A stretch of 32,000 bases of DNA from Clostridia bacterium (lineage in GTDB: Bacteria; Bacillota; Clostridia; TANB77; UBA1234), in NCBI GenBank assembly GCA_900753975.1, contig CAAEBC010000055.1, positions 26,294 to 58,293 of the forward strand. Direction: 5' to 3'. Made by a program: the position numbers and the translations under genes. The notes under the pieces were generated by a model that had not been told where the DNA came from, searched no databases, and saw only the letters and a program-made list of their open reading frames with translations. Positions 1 through 6,897 of the stretch are shown piece by piece (positions within the stretch are counted from its first letter, which is position 1; each line of letters opens with the position of its first letter).

Positions 1-51
1 TCTTTTTGCTTTTGAAACTATAGATTGTACTCTTTCTTCGTTACTCTTCAT
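1..51 (-). CDS. partial ORF (first 17 codons, runs off the window); possible anti-sigma factor coupled to the ECF sigma gene
   Basis: ATG at 51-49 overlaps the sigma-factor stop codon (TATGAAGAGTAA). It reads MKSNEERVQSIVSKAKR to the window edge. The function is inferred only from its position downstream of an ECF sigma. Confidence 0.3.
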   Translation of the reverse strand, partial: MKSNEERVQSIVSKAKR

Positions 52-580
52 AAGAAAATCCCTCCTTTTCCAAAACTTCTTTAAGAGAGTTTCTAGCCCT
101 ATAAGCAAGATTTTTAATCTGCTTATTAGTTTTTTTCATTATCTTACTAATTTCTTCGTAAGACATATCTTCGAAATACAAAAGATGAATCACCGTAGCA
201 TAATCGTCTTTAAGCTTAGACATCGCCTCTTTAATATGTCTACTTTTATCATTCGTAATAATAGTTTCTTCTAGCTTTTCTATATCCTCTATATCAGTAT
301 CTAATTCTGCATAAATTCTATTTCTTTTAAGTGCGTTTAAAGCCTTGTTTCTTCCAATTTTAAATAGGTATGTTTTAAAAGAAGATTCTTCTCTAAAATG
401 ATGTTTATGTACTACAAGTTCCATAAAAGTATCTTCCATTAAATCCTCTGCCATATCAATGTTCTTTACTAAACCATTTATAAAATACATAAGATTGTCA
501 CCATACATCTCAACAATCTCATTTAAACCAGTTTCATCACCATCTAGAAAACGGCGGTAGCTACTTGCACCGTTATCCAT
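41..580 (-). CDS. RNA polymerase sigma-70 family factor, ECF-type
   Basis: 179-aa ORF of typical ECF size. It has a region-2-like segment (DLMEDTFMELVVH) and a region-4 HTH (SYEEISKIMKKTNKQIKNLAYRARNSLKE). A GGGGGA Shine-Dalgarno lies upstream of the ATG. Confidence 0.85.
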   Translation of the reverse strand: MDNGASSYRRFLDGDETGLNEIVEMYGDNLMYFINGLVKNIDMAEDLMEDTFMELVVHKHHFREESSFKTYLFKIGRNKALNALKRNRIYAELDTDIEDIEKLEETIITNDKSRHIKEAMSKLKDDYATVIHLLYFEDMSYEEISKIMKKTNKQIKNLAYRARNSLKEVLEKEGFSYEE

Positions 581-705
581 ATATATCCCCCTTCCCCTTT
601 CAAGAAGTTACACTTGTTTGACAAACAAAATGCAAAAAAGTCTCTACTTTCATACCATAAATTTACCATATCTAAGAATTTATGGCAATAAAATCTATAA
701 AAATA

Positions 706-736
706 AAACCTAGTAATCATTTAGACTACTAGGTTT
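706..736 (-). terminator. rho-independent terminator after tRNA-Gly
   Basis: 10-bp stem AAACCTAGTA/TACTAGGTTT (706-715 / 727-736), followed on the minus strand by a T-rich run. Confidence 0.6.
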
Positions 737-742
737 TCAATA

Positions 743-818
743 TGGAGCGGGAAACGGGGCTCAAACCCGCGACCTTCGCCTTGGCAAGGCGACGCTCTAT
801 CAACTGAGCTACTCCCGC
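743..818 (-). tRNA. tRNA-Gly (anticodon GCC), CCA encoded
   Basis: Reverse complement is GCGGGAGTAGCTCAGTTGATAGAGCGTCGCCTTGCCAAGGCGAAGGTCGCGGGTTTGAGCCCCGTTTCCCGCTCCA. It folds as a cloverleaf with anticodon loop TTGCCAA. Confidence 0.95.
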
Positions 819-831
819 GTGAACAATCATT

Positions 832-860
832 ATATTACATTATAAAATAAGTTTCGTCAA
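832..860 (-). promoter_or_regulatory. sigma-A type promoter for tRNA-Gly
   Basis: On the minus strand: TTGACG (860-855), 17-nt spacer, TAATAT (837-832). It lies about 14 nt upstream of the tRNA 5' end. Confidence 0.6.
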
Positions 861-917
861 GACTTTTTTATAATTTCTTTAAAAATTGTTCCTCGGGATT
901 ATTAATTCCTCTATTTT

Positions 918-3104
918 CTATCTTAACAAGTTTTCAGTCATAACACTCATAAGCATAACTAGCAAAAGAGCCACGTCAAAAATATAGTCATGAAAAACGT
1001 ACAAATACTTTTTAGCAAGTTTAAAATCTACTTTTATTGCAAGCAAATCTTGTATTTTCTTTCTACTCTCCTTATTGATTAAGGCCCTTATAAATAAGTC
1101 AATTCCATAAACCAAGCTTGCAATCAACAAAAATACCAAACCAATAGCAAATCTTTCTGGCAATATCATTTCTAAAGCAGCAAAACCATTGTTAACAAAG
1201 TGAATAAACATAGTTAACTTTATATCATTTGTGTATAAATATATTGCTCCCAAAACTATACCTATTATAAACGCAAAAAGTCCTTGTGATAAATTCATGT
1301 GTACAAACCCAAATAATAACGCAGGAAAAATTAGAGCAAATTTTTTACTATACTTTGAAGTCAAATCAATAAGTGCTTTTCTAAAAAATAGTTCTTCAAA
1401 AATTCCAGGGATAATAGCTATCGAAATAATTGCAATTATTTTCGTCATAATACTAGAGTCCGAACTTATATCAAACATATCTACACTACTATAATCAAGT
1501 CCAATCTTTGGATAAAGTAGGCCAAGTAAAAATTGTAATCCAAAAATTAAAACCAATGCTAAAAATACAATCTTTGCTTTCTTTCCTAACTTAAATTCTT
1601 TCTTTGTAGGATTTTTTTCTACATAACTAAGCACAAACTTAGCTGCGATTCCCAAAGATACCACTTGAAGAATTATTTGTAAAATCAAAGTAAGCTCTGT
1701 TGTAGTTAACACGTTTTCAAATAATACTGGTAAAATCATACCACAAATTAATGAGAAAATAACTTGTAGTCCAATATAAATAACAAGTCCCATTCCAACG
1801 ACAAATCCAATGCTTTTCACATTCTTCTTTTCAATATACTCTTCTTGTGTTTCTACTTCCTTTGTCTTTTTCTTTTTAAGTTTCGTATAATTTAAAATTC
1901 CATTTTTAAAAGGCTTTGCAGTAAGATTAAAAAATACTGGTATTGATACTACTAATATTAATAGCGAAGCCAAAATTTGCCACATTTTTGCTTGGCCTAT
2001 TACCATCATTGCTGGGACAAAATAAGCTGAAAGCACAGGTAAGCAAGAAATCAAATATAAAAGCAAACTTACCTTGTTATATGGTGTTATAAAATAAACA
2101 GTCGCAGTATATGCTATCATCATGCCAAAAACAATAAGCGAAACCGTATTTCCAGCTTCAGAAGATGAACTTGTTTTAGCAGCAACCAAAGCTTGAAAAA
2201 TGCAAAGTAAAATCAAATTCAAAACATTATAAATTATAAGCATCAATATATAAATAACAATATCTTTGCTCATATTGTTAAACATAAATGAAGCGCTAAG
2301 CTTAATGTCAGTCTGTGCAATATTTATAATCTGCGAAATCAATGCTGCAATATAATAATAAACAATCATAAGTAACCCTTGTAAAACAAGAATTATAACA
2401 TTACTAAATATTTTAGCAAACAAATACTCCTTTTCAGAAACAGTTGTAAGTATATACTCTGTTGACTTAGACTGCTTTTCTTGAGAAATCTCACTTGCAA
2501 GTTTAGAAAAAACAAAAACGGCAAGCAAATACGTTGCTGCTGCAGAAAACAATTTAATATACTCTTTTGATTCCGAGTCCTTTGCATCAACAGAAAGCAT
2601 CACTCTATTAACACTTAAATCTTTTTGAAACGTTAAAATATCCCCAGACGAAACATTATACCTTTTTGAAAAAAGTGTATTTCTTATTTCATACATTTTG
2701 TCTTTCACTGGTGAATATATAGAAAGTTTTATTCCTTCTTTTGAAATTAAATTAATCTTAAAACATTCTTCTTCATCCGGCAAAACCTCTATAACAGCAA
2801 AGTCATCTGGCATATTTTCTGCATTATACGTATTTTCTGTTATTCTACTTATCTTAATATTTTCTCCACTTTCAAGCTCACTTAATCCGTCATAAATCAA
2901 ATCTCCACTATCCAATATAGCAAATTCAAAAGGTTTTTCTGTCTCTTCAGGTTTAAATAAAGTAGTAATAGAATTCCAATTCAATATAAGCACAGCACTA
3001 ATTAAACTTATAATATTAAAAGCTAGAAACCACTTATTTTGAATATTTTTATAAATTGAAAACTTAATAATCTCTCTTGTTTTTTGACTATTCATTATTT
3101 TCAC
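918..3104 (-). CDS. ABC-2/NatB-like permease fused to a C-terminal CPBP (CAAX/Abi) intramembrane protease domain
   Basis: 728-aa polytopic protein whose start overlaps the stop of the upstream ABC ATPase. The C-terminal part carries the three CPBP motifs: EELFFR, FGFVH and FIHFVNN. Confidence 0.75.
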   Translation of the reverse strand: MKIMNSQKTREIIKFSIYKNIQNKWFLAFNIISLISAVLILNWNSITTLFKPEETEKPFEFAILDSGDLIYDGLSELESGENIKISRITENTYNAENMPDDFAVIEVLPDEEECFKINLISKEGIKLSIYSPVKDKMYEIRNTLFSKRYNVSSGDILTFQKDLSVNRVMLSVDAKDSESKEYIKLFSAAATYLLAVFVFSKLASEISQEKQSKSTEYILTTVSEKEYLFAKIFSNVIILVLQGLLMIVYYYIAALISQIINIAQTDIKLSASFMFNNMSKDIVIYILMLIIYNVLNLILLCIFQALVAAKTSSSSEAGNTVSLIVFGMMIAYTATVYFITPYNKVSLLLYLISCLPVLSAYFVPAMMVIGQAKMWQILASLLILVVSIPVFFNLTAKPFKNGILNYTKLKKKKTKEVETQEEYIEKKNVKSIGFVVGMGLVIYIGLQVIFSLICGMILPVLFENVLTTTELTLILQIILQVVSLGIAAKFVLSYVEKNPTKKEFKLGKKAKIVFLALVLIFGLQFLLGLLYPKIGLDYSSVDMFDISSDSSIMTKIIAIISIAIIPGIFEELFFRKALIDLTSKYSKKFALIFPALLFGFVHMNLSQGLFAFIIGIVLGAIYLYTNDIKLTMFIHFVNNGFAALEMILPERFAIGLVFLLIASLVYGIDLFIRALINKESRKKIQDLLAIKVDFKLAKKYLYVFHDYIFDVALLLVMLMSVMTENLLR

Positions 3105-3819
3105 CTACCTTATCTATAAAAATATCATTTAAAGAATTGGCGTTTTTACCATCAATCTTATAATCAGCTAATATCTCCTTTAAATTTCCATACAATAAAG
3201 CCTCTCCGTGATTAATAATCAAAACATCATCACACAAGTTTTCAACATGATTCATAACATGAGAAGAAAAAATAATTGTTTTGCCTTCATTTTTTAATTT
3301 CATAATCGCCTTTTCTAATTCTTCAACACTAACAGGGTCAAGCCCTGAAAATGGTTCATCAAGAATTATAAAATCAGGATTATGCAAAACAGAAACAATA
3401 AACTGAATCTTTTGCCTATTCCCTTTTGAGAGCTTGTTTACTTTCATATTGAAATATTCACTAATGCCAAATTCATTCAGCCACTTCTTTAAGCTCTCAT
3501 GTATTTCTTCTTTATTCATTAGCTTTAAAGCACCATAATACTCGCAAATATCAAGCACCGTAAACTCCGGAAGTAGGCTTCCCTCTTCAGGTAAGTATCC
3601 AAAAGTATCTAGAACTTTGCTATCTATCTTCTTGCCATTAAAAAGTATTTCGCCTTTTGTTGGATTAATTAAATTTAAAATCATTCTAAAAATAGTAGAT
3701 TTTCCAGCACCATTTCTTCCAACTATTCCAAGCACCTTTCCATCTTCCACCTTAAAAGAAATATCCTTAACAGCAGTAACTTTTTCAAATTGTTTTGTAA
3801 CATTTATAAACTCTAACAT
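3088..3819 (-). CDS. ABC transporter ATP-binding protein
   Basis: Walker A GRNGAGKST, signature LSKGNRQK, Walker B IILDEP, H-loop SSHVM. The start is preferred at ATG 3819 (MLEFINV), 5 nt after AAGGAGG, rather than the TTG at 3834 in the ORF track. Confidence 0.9.
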   Translation of the reverse strand: MLEFINVTKQFEKVTAVKDISFKVEDGKVLGIVGRNGAGKSTIFRMILNLINPTKGEILFNGKKIDSKVLDTFGYLPEEGSLLPEFTVLDICEYYGALKLMNKEEIHESLKKWLNEFGISEYFNMKVNKLSKGNRQKIQFIVSVLHNPDFIILDEPFSGLDPVSVEELEKAIMKLKNEGKTIIFSSHVMNHVENLCDDVLIINHGEALLYGNLKEILADYKIDGKNANSLNDIFIDKVGENNE

Positions 3820-3916
3820 ACATCCTCCTTTCAATCAAGAATAGTATAATACAAAAAGTCGTCTCTTAAAATATTATAATGACACTTTTTTGTGTTTTGG
3901 CTTGAGCAAATAAAAA

Positions 3917-3942
3917 AGTGAGTACCTTTAAGATACTCACTT
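3917..3942 (-). terminator. rho-independent terminator after tRNA-Gln
   Basis: Stem AGTGAGTA/TACTCACT, followed on the minus strand by TTTTTTATTT. Confidence 0.6.
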
Positions 3943-3944
3943 CT

Positions 3945-4020
3945 TGGCTGGGCTGGGAGGATTCGAACCGCCGAAATGCCAGAGTCAAAGTCTGGTGCCT
4001 TACCACTTGGCTACAGCCCA
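3945..4020 (-). tRNA. tRNA-Gln (anticodon UUG), CCA encoded
   Basis: Reverse complement starts TGGGCTGTAGCCAAGTGGTAAGGCACCAGACTTTGACTCTGG. The anticodon loop is CTTTGAC. There is one C-U mismatch in the T stem. Confidence 0.92.
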
Positions 4021-4035
4021 ATATTTAAATATGCA

Positions 4036-4113
4036 TGGGGTGAAAGATGGGACTCGAACCCACGACCTCTAGGGCCACAACCTAGCGCTCTAACCAACTG
4101 AGCTACATCCACC
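4036..4113 (-). tRNA. tRNA-His (anticodon GUG) with encoded G-1 and CCA
   Basis: Reverse complement is GGTGGATGTAGCTCAGTTGGTTAGAGCGCTAGGTTGTGGCCCTAGAGGTCGTGGGTTCGAGTCCCATCTTTCACCCCA. The anticodon loop is TTGTGGC. The extra 5' G pairs with discriminator C, as is typical of tRNA-His. Confidence 0.93.
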
Positions 4114-4135
4114 ATCTAACTATCACGCAACATAT

Positions 4136-4164
4136 ATATTAACCTATTTTCATGCTCATGTCAA
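4136..4164 (-). promoter_or_regulatory. sigma-A type promoter for the tRNA-His/tRNA-Gln pair
   Basis: On the minus strand: TTGACA (4164-4159), 17-nt spacer, TAATAT (4141-4136). Confidence 0.6.
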
Positions 4165-4204
4165 GCAAAAGATGAAAAACAATCCGCTATTTTTCAAAAG
4201 AATG

Positions 4205-4359
4205 GTTGCAATTCAGACTAAAAATAGGTATAAGGTCTGATAAGACTTTTATCCGCAAGGCTTTGTCAAGGTAGTATTGCTGACGTAATCTCCACCTTGA
4301 CAAAATTGCTTCTAAAAGTCTTATCAGATCTTATACCTATTTTTAGTCTGAATTGCAAC
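4205..4359. mobile_element. 155-bp MITE-like palindromic element
   Basis: 46-nt terminal inverted repeats (4205-4250 vs 4314-4359) match at 45 of 46 positions. There is an inner 11-bp stem (4262-4272 / 4294-4304). The element is flanked by AAAAGAATG (4196-4204) and AAAAGAAATG (4360-4369), which look like a target-site duplication. It contains no ORF. Confidence 0.5.
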
Positions 4360-4369
4360 AAAAGAAATG

Positions 4370-4455
4370 AAAAGTTATGTCAAATACATGGAGCTGCACA
4401 TCTTGGTAAGCTTTCTGCTAGCCAAATGCCTCTTACGTATTGGACATAACTTTTT
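4370..4455. terminator. long-stem hairpin, probable bidirectional terminator downstream of the DNPH1-like gene
   Basis: An 18-bp stem with one mismatch (AAAAGTTATGTCAAATAC / GTATTGGACATAACTTTT) encloses about 49 nt. T-rich runs follow on both strands. Confidence 0.4.
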
Positions 4456-4464
4456 ATTTTATGT

Positions 4465-4881
4465 TTAATTCTTCACATTCGAGTTAATAAACTCTGAAAT
4501 TACAGTTTTAGCACTTTCAATGTCAGGATATCCAAAAGTAGTAACATATGGGCAATCAATAACCATTCTAGTTAGTGGCTTCATCGAATTCATGTCAAAG
4601 AGACAAAGAATCGGAATCTTTTTTTCCATCCGAATTGCATGCTCAATTTCCATCCCAACACCTATCGATGGAACAGTAATCTCTGCAACAAGTACATCAC
4701 TATTATCCAGCCAAGTAATATCTCTAGCATATACGTTGACACTTTTCTCCGACTTACTCTTTAATTCACCAACATGTTTAGTCCAAACATTTCCAAATCC
4801 CTCAAGAAATCTAATCAATTCCTTATAAACCGGTTGTTTTCCCCGACCGCCAGCAATGGAACCACTAAAGTAAATATTCAT
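4465..4881 (-). CDS. 2'-deoxynucleoside 5'-phosphate N-hydrolase (DNPH1/Rcl family, nucleoside 2-deoxyribosyltransferase-like fold)
   Basis: 138 aa. IYFSGSIAGGRG, DITWLDNSDVLVAEITVPSIGVGMEIEHA and ILCLF align by eye with the recalled DNPH1 motifs LYFCGSIRGGR, DLEWLQQADVVVAEVTQPSLGVGYELGRA and ILCLF. An AGGAGG Shine-Dalgarno is present. Confidence 0.85.
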   Translation of the reverse strand: MNIYFSGSIAGGRGKQPVYKELIRFLEGFGNVWTKHVGELKSKSEKSVNVYARDITWLDNSDVLVAEITVPSIGVGMEIEHAIRMEKKIPILCLFDMNSMKPLTRMVIDCPYVTTFGYPDIESAKTVISEFINSNVKN

Positions 4882-4918
4882 TTACTTACCTCCTAGAGTC
4901 ATAATTTCCGTATGCCAA

Positions 4919-4985
4919 ATTATATAACATTATGTAAATTTTTTCAACAAAAAATATTGAAAAATACGTACTTTCATGCTAATAT
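4919..4985. promoter_or_regulatory. back-to-back divergent promoters for the DNPH1-like and McrB-like genes
   Basis: Minus strand: TTGAAA (4947-4942), 17 nt, TATAAT (4924-4919). Plus strand: TTGAAA (4957-4962), 17 nt, TAATAT (4980-4985). The two -35 boxes are only 9 bp apart. Confidence 0.55.
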
Positions 4986-5019
4986 GGTTACAGTTTAAAA
5001 TTCAAATATCTAGGAGGAA

Positions 5020-6285
5020 ATGATGTTTATGGGTAATACTTATTGGTGGCTTAGCATAAATCCAAAAATGCTTAGATTTAGAGACTTAGAAGTTGGAGAT
5101 TGCTTCTACTATACAGCTCTAAATGAAGATGGAACGCCAAGAACTTTATATAAAAATTTTACAGAAATAAAAAAAGGTGACTTAGTAATCGCTTACGAGC
5201 TTGACCCAGCTAAAGAAGTAATTGGTCTTTGTCAAGCAATCGAAGAAATAAATGATAACAAAGTAATGTTTAAAAAAATAGAAGGTCTTACTGATACAGT
5301 ATCAAGATACATGATTGAGTCACATATCGAGCTTGCTAACTTAGAAGTTTTCAGATACACACAAGGAACTTTATTTAAACTTTCAAATAGAGAATATGAA
5401 GTAATCTACAGCATGATGCGTGAGTTAAACCCTAAAAAGCAATACAGATACTACGAAGACTACGATAAGGAAAGATTTTTAAAAGAAGTATATTTTGAAG
5501 AAAAAGATTACGATGAGCTTCGCTCTTTAATATTACGTCGTAAAAACGTAATATTACAAGGAGCTCCAGGTGTTGGTAAAACGTACATTGCTAAAAGAAT
5601 GGTCTACTCTATTTTAGGTAGAAAAGACGAAGAAAAAATCTTATCTGTCCAATTCCATGAATTGTATTCAAACGACGAATTTATGGAAGGTTATCGTCCT
5701 GATGATATAGGCATATACAAATATAAAAGGGGCTGTTTTAAGAGAATTTGCAACAAGGCAAGAAATGATCCAAGCAACAAATATTTCGTAATAATAGATG
5801 AAATAAATAGAGGAAATATCACAAAAATATTTGGAGAAGCATTCTCTTTAATAGAAATCGATAAACGTGGAAAAGATAATTACATTGAACTTGCTTGTTC
5901 AAGAGAACGTTTCTATGTACCAGAAAACGTGTATATCATAGGAACTATGAATACTTTCGATGAAAAACTTGCAATAAAAGACTATGCTCTAAGAAGAAGA
6001 TTTTGCTTTTACACAATAAACCCTGCTTTTGAAAATGAAGACTTTAAAAAGTTTTACTCGCAAAATCCATTACTTTCAAAAGTAGTTTCTGCTGTGGTAA
6101 ATGTAAACAAAGACTTAAGCGACGATTTAAAAATTGGTCATTCATACTTTTGTAAACCAATGGATGATGAAGACATTAAAATGACTGTAAAATACAGCAT
6201 CGAGCCATTAGTAAAAGAATATTACAGAGACAATATAAACTTGCAAAATAACTACATAAAAACATTAGAAGACACTATAAAATAA
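5020..6285 (+). CDS. McrB-family AAA+ GTPase with an N-terminal EVE/PUA-like domain
   Basis: The C-terminal half carries GAPGVGKT (Walker A), VIIDEINRGN...FGE, IIGTMNT and ALRRRF, which are McrB-type motifs. The N-terminal ~140 aa (YWWLSINPK...GDLVIAY...GTLFKLS) resembles an EVE/PUA-like reader domain. The real start may be ATG 5023 or 5029, given the AGGAGG position. Confidence 0.8.
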   Translation: MMFMGNTYWWLSINPKMLRFRDLEVGDCFYYTALNEDGTPRTLYKNFTEIKKGDLVIAYELDPAKEVIGLCQAIEEINDNKVMFKKIEGLTDTVSRYMIESHIELANLEVFRYTQGTLFKLSNREYEVIYSMMRELNPKKQYRYYEDYDKERFLKEVYFEEKDYDELRSLILRRKNVILQGAPGVGKTYIAKRMVYSILGRKDEEKILSVQFHELYSNDEFMEGYRPDDIGIYKYKRGCFKRICNKARNDPSNKYFVIIDEINRGNITKIFGEAFSLIEIDKRGKDNYIELACSRERFYVPENVYIIGTMNTFDEKLAIKDYALRRRFCFYTINPAFENEDFKKFYSQNPLLSKVVSAVVNVNKDLSDDLKIGHSYFCKPMDDEDIKMTVKYSIEPLVKEYYRDNINLQNNYIKTLEDTIK

Positions 6286-6341
6286 AAGTTTCAAAAACGA
6301 ATTAAAAATGAAACCCGAGAAAAGTGGGCGACGAGAAAAAT

Positions 6342-6390
6342 GAGAAAAAGGGACAGACCTTCCAAATATTGAGGTCCGTCCCTTTTTCTC
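6342..6390. terminator. bidirectional terminator between the McrB-like and XRE genes
   Basis: 18-nt arms GAGAAAAAGGGACAGACC / GGTCCGTCCCTTTTTCTC form a stem with two mismatches. T-rich runs follow on both strands. A third copy of the 3' arm lies at 6409-6423. Confidence 0.65.
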
Positions 6391-6433
6391 AAAAGTGAGA
6401 ATTTTCCTCCGTCCCTTTTTCTCATCAACTATT

Positions 6434-6844
6434 TTATCTACGATTTCTTAACTTTTGACGCATTTTTATCATTCGCTCTCTTCGTTCTTTTTCCAACTTT
6501 TCTAACTCTTTCTGAGCCAAAATATTTTTCCTTGTTTCATAAAGTAAAGCTACGTCTTTCAAAAAACTTTCTTCTTTCGTATCGCAAACATCTGTCATAA
6601 GATAACTATCAATCATGTTAATTATTTTCTTATAAGTGATTCTTTCCGGACATACAAAACTTTCCACGCAAATCTCAAAATAATCACAAATTTCGATAGC
6701 ATCTTCCAAATTAACGTTTCTTCTTCCCTGCTCAATATTAGAAATCTTTGAGCGACTCATTCCAAGCTTTTTGCCCAATTCATATTGAGAATATTTTTTG
6801 CTTTTTCTGAGGAATACCAAACGCTTTGCGACACTTTCTTCCAT
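6434..6844 (-). CDS. XRE-family helix-turn-helix transcriptional regulator with a charged helical C-terminus
   Basis: The N-terminal HTH_3-like segment is YSQYELGKKLGMSRSKISNIEQGRR. An AAGGGGGA Shine-Dalgarno is present. Confidence 0.85.
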   Translation of the reverse strand: MEESVAKRLVFLRKSKKYSQYELGKKLGMSRSKISNIEQGRRNVNLEDAIEICDYFEICVESFVCPERITYKKIINMIDSYLMTDVCDTKEESFLKDVALLYETRKNILAQKELEKLEKERRERMIKMRQKLRNRR

Positions 6845-6897
6845 TTGCTTGTCCCCCTTTACAGTTATATTACTTTACATAAAATATTTTAGGGACG

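Noticed and set aside
4367-4468. 33-aa plus-strand ORF (MKSYVKYMELHILVSFLLAKCLLRIGHNFLFYV) inside the terminator hairpin.
   Set aside because: It has no convincing Shine-Dalgarno and no promoter that I could identify. It lies entirely within the hairpin structure and overlaps the stop of the convergent gene.
4203-4881. Retron-like arrangement: long structured inverted repeats next to a nucleoside-deoxyribosyltransferase-fold gene.
   Set aside because: No reverse transcriptase ORF exists in or near the islet on either strand. The repeats are better explained as a MITE-like element with a target duplication plus a terminator hairpin.
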